Source: a candidate division WOR-3 bacterium (GTDB lineage: Bacteria; Hydrothermota; Tepidihabitantia; Tepidihabitantales; Tepidihabitantaceae). Taken from it: a stretch of 23,497 nucleotides of DNA. A program made the position numbers and the translations under genes. Below, piece after piece: positions 7,301 to 14,480 of the stretch (positions within the stretch are counted from its first letter, which is position 1; each line of letters starts with the position of its first letter). The notes below the pieces were generated by a model. It made no database searches. It worked only from the letters and a program-made list of their open reading frames with translations, and had not been told where the DNA came from. Location of the stretch: NCBI GenBank assembly GCA_965648905.1, contig CBFGIT010000037.1, forward strand, positions 1 to 23,497. The letters run 5' to 3'.

Positions 7301-9501
7301 CGGACTCAGTGGCAGTCGTCACGTTCCGAACATGGCGGGCGGTCACTGGTCTGCGCACGGTGACCTGCTCGACGATGCTTGCCCTTGATGCGGTTCGAGC
7401 GAATGACCGGGTTCAGGATACGGTGCGTGTTGTGCCGGTGGCACAGCAGGACGTGGGCGTGGTCGAGATACTGGCGCCGGTGCCGGTTGCCGATTCGGGC
7501 CGAAGTGTGCTGCCGGCTGCAGTCGTCGCAAACTACGGCACGGCAGTGGCGAGTTTTGCCGTCCGGATGACAATTGGCAGTTCGTACCTTGACGAGCGGA
7601 TCGTCACGCTGTCGGCCCAGGAGATCGACACGGTGACGTTCCGGCAGTGGGATGCAATCGGTCGGGGCCAGCGGCTGGTGCGCTGCTCGACGATGATGGC
7701 CGGTGACTCGAATCCGGCAAACGATACGCTCACCCGGGTGACGCGGATTCGCGTGCGCGATGTCGGCGCGGTCAGAATCATCTCTCCGCCCGGGCAGGTG
7801 CGCAACGGTGAGCTCATTACGCCTCAGGCTGAAGTTGAGAACTTCGGGACCGAGAACGAGAGCTTCGACGTGGTCTTCCGCATCCAGGGTGGCTATGCTG
7901 ACACGGTGCGGGTTGGCGGACTGGCGCCGAGTTCGTGGTCAAGAGTCCGGTTCCGCACGTGGCCGGCGGTCACGGGCGACTATGGGCTTTCCTGCTCGAC
8001 CCGGCTGAATGTAGACATGCAGCCGGGGAACGACAAGGTTTCAGGTGTGGTCTATGTGGTGCAACGAGCCCTGCTTGTTGTTCCGGATACGTCGGCCTGG
8101 GTCTTTCCCGCAGCCACGGTTGACTACGGTCTGCGCGTCACCAATCTCACTTCGGAGATAGATACGATCGACCTCTCGGTGACCAGGCCCAGACCAGGCT
8201 GGCAGCTTGCCCTGCTCGATGCAGCTAAGTCCGGCCCGCTGCCTGACCACAACAGCAACGGTCTGCCTGACATTGCCGGGCTGTGGCCAGGTGCGACCAC
8301 GCCTTTCACGGTCAGGGTCACGGTCCCAGCAAACGAACTCGCGCTGGTTGAGGACTCGGTCGTCGTCACTGGCCGTTCAAGCCGGGACACCGCGGTGACC
8401 GACCAGGCGCGGCTGCGCACCGGCGTACTCACGGTCGCGTCGCTCAACCTGAGTCCGGACGTACATGACTCAATTCCGGCTGGTGGCGTCATTGACTACC
8501 GGCTCGGTGTCAGAAATCTGGGCAATGCGTTCGACCTCGCCGATTTGGAACTTGAGTACATCGGCCGCAGACCAGGCTGGTACTACCAGCTTCTGAGTCT
8601 CTCCGGTAGTTCGCTCACCGACGGCAACCACAACGGCAAGCCCGATGTTGGGCCGCTTGAACCGTTTGACGGCAGTGCCGAGTTTCTGCTCAGGGTAAGG
8701 GCGCCGGTTGATGCGCGTCCAGGCGAAACCGACACGGTTCGGGTCTGGACGTCGTCCGGCAATAACCCGCCCACGCGTACCCGTATCACTGCGCGTACCA
8801 CGGCCCTCGGTCTGCTCACTGGTCTTGTGGTCGCGCCGGACCAGGAAGACCAGCAGCCAGCCGGAACCAGCTCAACTTATCGGCTGTATGTGAGGACCCG
8901 AGGCAACATGACCGACATCGCGGGCCTTGTGGCACTGGCAGACCAGCCGGACTGGTCGGTTGACATCTGCGACGAGCAGGGGAGAGGCCGGCTGCCGGAC
9001 TCAGACCACGACGGGCTTGTCGAGCTTGGGCCGGTTGTGCCTGACACTGAGCGCTATTTCACCCTGCTGGTGCGGGCCCCGGACAACATTCCTGACGACC
9101 TGTCCGGCAGCATCGACTCACTGGGCAAGTGCCGCATTAAGGTCATTGGCCGGTCAACCAGATTCGACGGACTTGGCGACACAGCTTTGGTTGTTATCCA
9201 GGCGATTCCCCGTCTTGCCATCCACAACTTCCGTAATCCGTTCCGTGAACAGACTCGGTTCATTTTCTCGATTCCCCAGCCAGGTCGGGCAAGCCTGCGG
9301 GTTTACAACCGGGCCGGCGAGCTTGTTGGCCGGGTGTTCGAGCAGGAGGAGTTCGCAATCGGCATTCACACTCGGTCCTGGTCTGGTACGAATCAGAACG
9401 GCCGCCGGCTCGCACCGGGCACTTATCTGTACGTCTTTGAGCTGACCGGTACTCCCGACAACCTTGACCGACGCCTGACCAGAAGACTGATGATTGAGTA
9501 G
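4306..9501 (+). CDS. large secreted FG-GAP beta-propeller / 7x CARDB-like / 3x Ig-like protein with FlgD-Ig (T9SS-like) C-terminal sorting domain, 1731 aa
   Basis: Start moved from 4261 to ATG 4306 (AAAGGAGG RBS, signal peptide MVALAIVTVLVGQ). FG-GAP loops ADLNLDGHAEL, DLDKDAYLDI, ADLDRDGWGDV, ADLDKNGWLDI, DVNDDSWLDI, GDFDRDDINDI. Seven DV[GA]..I..P...V.N.G...C....D....ND repeats (~5878-8065). C-terminus NFRNPFREQTRFIFSIP...LRVYNRAGELV...WSGTNQNGRRLAPGTYLY. Confidence 0.92.
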   Translation: MVALAIVTVLVGQSVRWVETTHADFADGIIDPQMYVSLRGQLEPDSGCVEFFSRFDVNSDGWYDLGCSDDSGPNLTIYLGSPAGYFPDNRLQYPVGSGGNIDLADLNLDGHAELIHSGWRDGRVTIYWGTLAGPSSTDTTVLDYDGQGEDVSVYDLDKDAYLDILLGSGNGVLYIFWGSKDGYSTSNRSSINLGHSIGHNIEVADLDRDGWGDVALSSWTWNENPIIYWGPNRQPRNTVWLPGRWNNFHGISVADLDKNGWLDIVYTGYDTVVTSFIYFGSDSGFSVNCRTDVHPGQCYGGSAIVDVNDDSWLDIVFLRGNWIHGGTWKPVVYYNTLRVPYFSDNNRVDLGTGTFNASGGFIGDFDRDDINDIFVNNMINDDSSYILWGPEYLRRTALPSDMDHHGVFREPGNVYDRSLTAYYRSSVFDAGDSARLMDGACRWMAFEPPGSKVLVACRSGNVPVPDSTWAEFGFVDSITGRIPDNCLGGRYLQYEVVFRYLWPCFLPNLERIELDLVLGPRPFADVGATDILIPQATVDSGIVVVPAAVVHNFGTQSSNFTVRMRIGPDYDDWAFATLTPGQSDTVTFAPWSSTRRGTWPVKCSTALANDANPGNDACSSSVAVRVEDVAAVRIIAPVGTMYEQDTVTPRAVVRNLGTETASFPVDFRVGDVYLDHAIVSELAPDSEAVVSFRLYRAEPGTYVVACTTALVTDMIAANDKVEDTVRVLSRPVFDVGVTAILAPIDTVDSGSTVRPRAVIRNFGTQPASFSARFYVGDSYADEQPVRLNASELDTVEFTSWTAFECGPLPVRCTVAYVDDSNPANDQMQATVVVMPLPVFDVAVSAIVAPAGVLDSGTVVVPRAVVRNLGNRPANFPLRCYIGLGYFDEQPVRLDPGRADTVSFRSWAALPRGDLVVRCTAVYVLDQNPTNDKCEQPVFVRVHDVAATAILAPVGTVPAGCEIAPSAVVRNLGNVRESFAVLARITTDYVDTTSVSGLCPDSVAVVTFRTWRAVTGLRTVTCSTMLALDAVRANDRVQDTVRVVPVAQQDVGVVEILAPVPVADSGRSVLPAAVVANYGTAVASFAVRMTIGSSYLDERIVTLSAQEIDTVTFRQWDAIGRGQRLVRCSTMMAGDSNPANDTLTRVTRIRVRDVGAVRIISPPGQVRNGELITPQAEVENFGTENESFDVVFRIQGGYADTVRVGGLAPSSWSRVRFRTWPAVTGDYGLSCSTRLNVDMQPGNDKVSGVVYVVQRALLVVPDTSAWVFPAATVDYGLRVTNLTSEIDTIDLSVTRPRPGWQLALLDAAKSGPLPDHNSNGLPDIAGLWPGATTPFTVRVTVPANELALVEDSVVVTGRSSRDTAVTDQARLRTGVLTVASLNLSPDVHDSIPAGGVIDYRLGVRNLGNAFDLADLELEYIGRRPGWYYQLLSLSGSSLTDGNHNGKPDVGPLEPFDGSAEFLLRVRAPVDARPGETDTVRVWTSSGNNPPTRTRITARTTALGLLTGLVVAPDQEDQQPAGTSSTYRLYVRTRGNMTDIAGLVALADQPDWSVDICDEQGRGRLPDSDHDGLVELGPVVPDTERYFTLLVRAPDNIPDDLSGSIDSLGKCRIKVIGRSTRFDGLGDTALVVIQAIPRLAIHNFRNPFREQTRFIFSIPQPGRASLRVYNRAGELVGRVFEQEEFAIGIHTRSWSGTNQNGRRLAPGTYLYVFELTGTPDNLDRRLTRRLMIE

Positions 9502-9558
9502 GCTGATTGTGTCTTCAGGCCGTCCAAGTGTGAGCGGGCATCAATCCCGGAGGAAATG

Positions 9559-10998
9559 ATGAGCTATCTTCAGATGGTGCTGTCCCTGGGTCTGACTGTT
9601 TGGTTCGGCAGCAGCGAAGTGGGCACCACCGCGTTGCCGATCCTGAAAGCCCCGGTCGGACCCAGGGCGTCTGCATTGGGCGAGACATTTGTCGGTCTGG
9701 CCGACGATGTCACCTCGCTCTACTGGAACCCGGCCGGGCTTGCCCGGAGCAGCGGGCCTGAGTACTTTGTTTCGCACCAGGAGTGGCTGCGCGGCATCAG
9801 AGACGAGCATGTTTCGGTCGCGATGAACGCAGGCCGAGGACGGCTCGGGCTTGGTCTGGCCTATTCAGGCGTGGCCGGAATCGAGGCCTGGGACGAATTC
9901 AACCATCGGACAAGCGAACAGACCGTGGCCGACCAGACCGCGGTCTTCTTCACCGGCTACGGAGTCCCGGTTGTTGACTGGGTCCACGCCGGCGCCGGTA
10001 TCAAGGTGGCATATGACTACATGGGAGCGGCTCCGACCGGAGGTCTGGGAGTCGGGGCCGACCTCGGCGTGCTCGTCCGCCCGGTTGCGCGGCTCAACAT
10101 CGGATTCTCAGCCCGGAATCTCGGTGCTGCGTCCTATGCGAGCCGGACCGGGCTCCTGCTTCTGCCCGCGAACCTGCGCGTCGGAGCAGGCTACCGCCTG
10201 GAGCATCTGAATCTCGTGGCTGACCTGGCCGTGCCGATAGACAATCGTCCCAGTCTCCATGTCGGCACCGAATACACCATGCTCAATACCATCACTGTGC
10301 GCTGCGGGTACCGAACCGGGCCTCAGGACCTGGGCACACTCGGGCTTGCCAGCGGGCTCTGTCTTGGACTCGGACTGTCGCTCGGTCAGGTTGCGGTCGA
10401 TTATGCGTTTGCCCCTTACGGCAGCCTGGGCAACGTACACCGCATCGGTCTCAGAGCGGGGGGGAGTGGCACAGGCCGGGGCAGCCTGGAATTGGCTGTG
10501 GTTGACGGCGCAACCGGTGAGCCGATTCCCGCTGCGGTCGAGTTGTCCGGTGTGCGTGAGGGAAGGTTCGAGGCGGTCCGACGCCAGCCGTTCAGAATGC
10601 GCGGCATCCGCGAGGGTTGGGTAAGAATCGCGGCCAATTCAGCCGGGTATCAACCGACCTTTGATTCGGTGTATGTCTGGGGAGACCGAGACCAGAGGGC
10701 AAAGGTCGCACTGTTCCGGCCAGGACGAGGCACCATCTGGGGCACGTTCCTTGATGCTGAGACGAAGAAGGCGATTCCCGGACTGGTGACCTATTCGGGC
10801 AGGACCTCGGGCGAAGTTGCGGTTGACGAGCAGGGCGGTGCGTACTGCATAAGGAACCTCGGTGGTGGAAGTTATGTGCTCCAGGCTTGGAGCACACGGG
10901 AGTATGTCGCGCAGTGCTGCACGCTCGAAGTCACGCCCGACAGGGTCGTTGTCAAGGACTTTCTCCTGCAGCGCAAGGCCGCGTCTGCACCGCGGTAG
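9559..10998 (+). CDS. PorV/PorQ (UPF0164)-family outer-membrane beta-barrel with two C-terminal carboxypeptidase-regulatory-like Ig domains
   Basis: Family-typical N-terminus GTTALPILKAPVGPRASALGETFVGLADDVTSLYWNPAGLA, alternating beta-strands, and barrel end VDYAFAPYGSLGNVHRIGL. Then VVDGATGEPIPA and GTIWGTFLDAETKKAIPG domains. GGAGG (9549-53) is better spaced for ATG 9559 than 9556. Confidence 0.88.
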   Translation: MSYLQMVLSLGLTVWFGSSEVGTTALPILKAPVGPRASALGETFVGLADDVTSLYWNPAGLARSSGPEYFVSHQEWLRGIRDEHVSVAMNAGRGRLGLGLAYSGVAGIEAWDEFNHRTSEQTVADQTAVFFTGYGVPVVDWVHAGAGIKVAYDYMGAAPTGGLGVGADLGVLVRPVARLNIGFSARNLGAASYASRTGLLLLPANLRVGAGYRLEHLNLVADLAVPIDNRPSLHVGTEYTMLNTITVRCGYRTGPQDLGTLGLASGLCLGLGLSLGQVAVDYAFAPYGSLGNVHRIGLRAGGSGTGRGSLELAVVDGATGEPIPAAVELSGVREGRFEAVRRQPFRMRGIREGWVRIAANSAGYQPTFDSVYVWGDRDQRAKVALFRPGRGTIWGTFLDAETKKAIPGLVTYSGRTSGEVAVDEQGGAYCIRNLGGGSYVLQAWSTREYVAQCCTLEVTPDRVVVKDFLLQRKAASAPR

Positions 10999-11024
10999 GG
11001 CCGAGCCGGGCACAATGCAGTAGC

Positions 11025-11052
11025 TTGACTCCGGTCCAAACCCGGGTAGATT
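11025..11052 (+). promoter_or_regulatory. sigma70-like promoter, leaderless aspS
   Basis: TTGACT (11025-30), N16, TAGATT (11047-52), 6 nt, then ATG (11059). Confidence 0.65.
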
Positions 11053-11058
11053 GAGGCC

Positions 11059-12363
11059 ATGCAGCGTACCTTGGCCGCAGAAGTCCCTAGGCATATCGGT
11101 GAGGAAGTAAGGCTGCTCGGCTGGTTGCACCACGTCCGAGCGCTGGGCTCGATCTCGTTCGTCATCGTCCGCGACCGGACCGGGCTGGCCCAGGGTGTCG
11201 TTCTCGACCCTGCGAAGCTCGACGTGTCCGGGCTCAAACGCGAGAGCATCGTCGAGGTCATCGGCACGGTCAAGGCCGAGCCTCAGGCGAAGAGCGGCGC
11301 TGAGATTGTCGTCACGAGCATCACGCCCCTGATTGAGTCGGTGACCGAGCTGCCGTTTGAGGTCAATCGCTCACGGAAGAAGCTGAACCTGAAGATAGAC
11401 GCAATCCTCGACCACCGGGCGTTCAGCCTGCGCAACCCAGAGTTTGCCGCCCCGTTTCGGGTTCAGGCCGAGATTGTCCGGACGTTCCGCGACTTTCTAC
11501 GCAGTCAGGGATTCCTTGAGGTTCACACTTCGAAGATTGTCGCCGCGGGAACCGAAGGCGGAACCGCCTTGTTTCCCATCAAATATTTTGAGCAGACCGC
11601 CTACCTGGCCCAGAGTCCGCAGTTCTACAAGCAGATGCTGGTCGGCGCCGGGTTCGAGCGGGTCTTTGAGGTCGGGTTTGTCTATCGGGCCGAGGACCAT
11701 GCCACCTCGCGTCACATCAACGAGTATCTGTCACTTGACTACGAGATGGGGTTCATCGAGTCGTATACCGACGTGATGGATGTGGAGCGCGGTTTCATCA
11801 AGGCGCTGGTCGACAATCTCGAGAAGAACTGCCGCAGCGAGTTTGAGCTGCTCGGCGCCGAGTTGCCGAAGCTCGGCCAGATTCCGGAAGTGCCATTGAG
11901 CGAGGCGGTCAAGATACTTGCCCGGGATTATGGCCGCGATGTCACCGGCATGGTTGACCTTGACCCGGAAGGCGAGCGCCAGATCTGCGACTACGCCTTG
12001 AAGAACTACGGCAGTGAGTTTGTGTTCATCAGCCGGTACCCGCGTTCGGCCCGGCCCTTCTACACCATGCCGGACCCGGAAGACCCGGAATCAACGCTCG
12101 GATTCGACCTGCTCTTCCGGGGCCTTGAGGTTACGACCGGCAGTCAGCGTATCCACGAATACCAGATGCTCGTTGACAGCATCCGCCGGATCGGCGGCAA
12201 CCCGGATAACTTCAGCTTCTACCTTGAGATTTTCAAGTACGCCATGCCTCCCCACGGCGGGCTGGCAATCGGCACTGAGCGGCTGACCCAGCAATTGCTC
12301 GGGCTCGGCAACGTCCGAGAAGCGAGCTTCTTTCCGCGCGACCGGTTCCGCATCACGCCCTGA
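11059..12363 (+). CDS. aspS: archaeal-type aspartyl-tRNA synthetase (aspartate--tRNA(Asp/Asn) ligase family)
   Basis: 434 aa with no bacterial GAD insertion. OB fold GWLHHVRALGSISFVIVRDRTG, TEGGTALF, AYLAQSPQFYKQML, motif 2 YRAEDHATSRHINEY, GSQRIH, motif 3 PPHGGLAIGTERL, FPRD. Confidence 0.95.
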   Translation: MQRTLAAEVPRHIGEEVRLLGWLHHVRALGSISFVIVRDRTGLAQGVVLDPAKLDVSGLKRESIVEVIGTVKAEPQAKSGAEIVVTSITPLIESVTELPFEVNRSRKKLNLKIDAILDHRAFSLRNPEFAAPFRVQAEIVRTFRDFLRSQGFLEVHTSKIVAAGTEGGTALFPIKYFEQTAYLAQSPQFYKQMLVGAGFERVFEVGFVYRAEDHATSRHINEYLSLDYEMGFIESYTDVMDVERGFIKALVDNLEKNCRSEFELLGAELPKLGQIPEVPLSEAVKILARDYGRDVTGMVDLDPEGERQICDYALKNYGSEFVFISRYPRSARPFYTMPDPEDPESTLGFDLLFRGLEVTTGSQRIHEYQMLVDSIRRIGGNPDNFSFYLEIFKYAMPPHGGLAIGTERLTQQLLGLGNVREASFFPRDRFRITP

Positions 12364-12410
12364 CTCGGGTCCGGCTGCGTCCCAGGGCCTGAGTACGGGT
12401 CTAAGAAGAC

Positions 12411-13064
12411 ATGTCACTGTTGAATGAGTCGGTACGTGGTCTGACCCGGGAGCACCTGTCCCGGCTGCCTAATCCGGTCAGACTCGTGGTATTCACCCAG
12501 GAACTGGAGTGCGCCCACTGTCGCGAGAACCGCCAGTTGGCCGAGGAACTTGCAGCGCTGTCTGACCGGCTTTCCCTTGAGACCTACAGCCTGCTGATTG
12601 ACAAGGAGAAAGCGGCCGAGTTCGACGTGGCCATGGTTCCGGCAACAGCCGTCCTCGGCGAGCAGGACTACGGAATCAGGTTCTATGGCGTTCCGGTCGG
12701 GTTTGAGTTCACATCGTTGCTCAATGCCATCGAACTTGCTGGCAATCGAGAATCGAAGCTCAAGCCCGAGACCCGGAAGCTCCTGGCCGAACTGGACGGC
12801 CCGGTCGAGCTGCAGGTGTTTGTCACCCTGACCTGTCCATTGTGCCCGCGTGCGGTCATTACTGCCACACAACTGGCGGTGGAGAGCAGGCACGTGACAA
12901 CCAGCATCATCGATGCGGCAGAATTTCCGCATCTTGCCCAGCGCTACAGTGTGACCGTAGTTCCGAAGATTGTGGTGAATGGCCGCCACTCATTTGAAGG
13001 GGCTCTACCCGAAGACCAGTTCGTGGCCGAGGTGCTCAAAGGGTCGAAGCCAAAGGCAGATTAG
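12411..13064 (+). CDS. protein disulfide oxidoreductase with two thioredoxin folds (PDO / AhpF N-terminal-like)
   Basis: Active sites CAHC and CPLC; YGIRFYGVPVGFEFTSLL, VFVTLTCPLCPRAV, IDAAEFPHLAQRYSVTVVPKIVVN, FEGALPE. Confidence 0.92.
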   Translation: MSLLNESVRGLTREHLSRLPNPVRLVVFTQELECAHCRENRQLAEELAALSDRLSLETYSLLIDKEKAAEFDVAMVPATAVLGEQDYGIRFYGVPVGFEFTSLLNAIELAGNRESKLKPETRKLLAELDGPVELQVFVTLTCPLCPRAVITATQLAVESRHVTTSIIDAAEFPHLAQRYSVTVVPKIVVNGRHSFEGALPEDQFVAEVLKGSKPKAD

Positions 13065-13083
13065 CCAGAGTCAACGCGCCTTG

Positions 13084-13111
13084 TTGACTTCGCTGCCTCG
13101 GGCGCTATCCT
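13084..13111 (+). promoter_or_regulatory. sigma70-like promoter for the lipoprotein-nuclease pair
   Basis: TTGACT (13084-89), N16, TATCCT (13106-11); AAGGAG RBS at 13125-30. The -35 overlaps the inverted repeat AGTCAAC-N7-GTTGACT (13069-89). Confidence 0.55.
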
Positions 13112-13136
13112 GCCTTTGTAAATCAAGGAGATACCA

Positions 13137-13589
13137 ATGTCGAGAATCACTGTCTTTGTCGTTCTGTGTCTGGTCGGGGCTGTGCTCGTCGGGTGCGGCG
13201 GCGGTGAGAAATCCAAGGTCGAGTCCGCACGCGCCAAGGCACGTCCGGCCCGTGAAGGTTTGTGGATAACCGACCCGCCGGATAGTGCCCGGGTACCTTA
13301 TCGGCCCTATGTGCTGGGAACCATTTCGGACACATCGATCAGCGCCCTGTTTCTTGTCGTCCATCCCACACCGACCAAGGAGTACTGGATTCAGCCGCCG
13401 TGCATGTTGCGGCCGGATGGCGCCTGGCTGGGCCAGCCCTATATCGGCCTAGAAAACACGCCGGCTGGTGTCCCGTTTGAGATTCGCGCCGTGGCCGACC
13501 CGGCAGACGACATCAAGCCCGGCATGAGTCTGAAGGACTGGCCGTCGGCGCGGTACAGCTCCAATGTTGTAACCGTGTTCCGGCAGTAG
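13137..13589 (+). CDS. hypothetical lipoprotein with a single Ig-like beta-sandwich domain
   Basis: AAGGAG RBS; signal MSRITVFVVLCLVGAVLVG|C; beta-rich body LWITDPPDSARV...LGT...FLVVHP...YWIQ...DGAW...YIG. Confidence 0.85.
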   Translation: MSRITVFVVLCLVGAVLVGCGGGEKSKVESARAKARPAREGLWITDPPDSARVPYRPYVLGTISDTSISALFLVVHPTPTKEYWIQPPCMLRPDGAWLGQPYIGLENTPAGVPFEIRAVADPADDIKPGMSLKDWPSARYSSNVVTVFRQ

Positions 13590-13592
13590 GGG

Positions 13593-14447
13593 ATGCTGCT
13601 CGGGTTCAGGCAGGAGATGGTGCTGGTCTGGACCGTTCTCATTCTGGCCGGCGGTTGCGGCGGCCCGAGCGGGTCGGTTCCTTCTCCGAACGCAACCCGG
13701 CCCGACTCGCTCGTGCTTGACACTGCGTTCGATGCTGCCCGTGCCGGACACTGGGTAACGCCCAGCCGCGGGCGGCCGCTGGCCGAGTACTACTACTACA
13801 TCTGTTACTCTGATTCCTGGCGCATGCCCTACTGGGTGCTGCACTACGTGTCGCGGTCCCGGCTGGCCGGCAACGTCAGTCGGTCGGACAACTTCCGTTC
13901 CGACTCGACGCTGCCCGAGGAGCTGCGCGTTCGGCCCGGTGACTACCGCGGGACCGGCTTTGACAAGGGCCATCTGGCCCCGGCAGCCGACTTCGCGTTC
14001 GACCCCTCGGCCATGTCGGCTACCTTCTTGATGTCGAACATGAGTCCGCAGTATCCGGGGACCAATCGTGGTTCCTGGCGCAGAGTCGAAGAACAGGTGC
14101 GTTCAGCGATCAACCACTACGGGCAGGGCTGGGTAGTCACCGGCAACATTTTCATTGCTGCGGACAGCAGCCGTGTTGTGCCGGCAAAGTGGTTGCAGCG
14201 CGACCGGCAGAACTGGGTTGCGGTGCCGACCCATCTGTTCAAGGCGGTGCTGCTCCGGGATTCGGCCGGCAGATTCGGGATGCTGGGTTTTCTCGTTCCC
14301 AACCAGGCCGGGCAGACGGTGCAGCCGGTGGCGGACTACGTCATCCCGGTGCGCCGGCTTGAGGAGATTACGGGCTGGGACCTTTTTCCGCTCCTGCCTG
14401 ACCAACTGGAGGAGAGCCTGGAGACACGGGCCGGCGCGCTCAATTGA
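13593..14447 (+). CDS. DNA/RNA non-specific endonuclease (NucA/Serratia His-Me finger family), lipoprotein
   Basis: PYWVLHY, RSDNFRSD, DYRGTGFDKGHLAPAADF (DRGH-type motif at 13962-73), TFLMSNMSPQYPGTNRGSWRRVEEQVR, VAVPTHLFK, LEEITGWDLF; ILAGG|C lipobox. The exact start (13593 or 13617) is uncertain. Confidence 0.93.
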   Translation: MLLGFRQEMVLVWTVLILAGGCGGPSGSVPSPNATRPDSLVLDTAFDAARAGHWVTPSRGRPLAEYYYYICYSDSWRMPYWVLHYVSRSRLAGNVSRSDNFRSDSTLPEELRVRPGDYRGTGFDKGHLAPAADFAFDPSAMSATFLMSNMSPQYPGTNRGSWRRVEEQVRSAINHYGQGWVVTGNIFIAADSSRVVPAKWLQRDRQNWVAVPTHLFKAVLLRDSAGRFGMLGFLVPNQAGQTVQPVADYVIPVRRLEEITGWDLFPLLPDQLEESLETRAGALN

Positions 14448-14472
14448 CACAACCGGCCCGAATGACTAGCAT
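14444..14472 (+). promoter_or_regulatory. sigma70-like promoter, leaderless or near-leaderless EF-G gene
   Basis: TTGACA (14444-49, contains the nuclease TGA stop), N17, TAGCAT (14467-72), 8 nt, then ATG; no SD. Confidence 0.6.
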
Positions 14473-14480
14473 TCTGCCCG

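Noticed and set aside
11059..12363. Asparaginyl-tRNA synthetase assignment
   Set aside because: The motifs QSPQFYKQ, YRAE..TSRH and GSQRIH fit archaeal-type AspRS, not the (V/Q)SGQLY.E pattern of AsnRS.
12363..12394. Hairpin ACTCGGGT...GCCTGAGT between aspS and the oxidoreductase as a terminator
   Set aside because: The stem needs two G-U pairs, has a large loop and no U tract; the genes may be co-transcribed.
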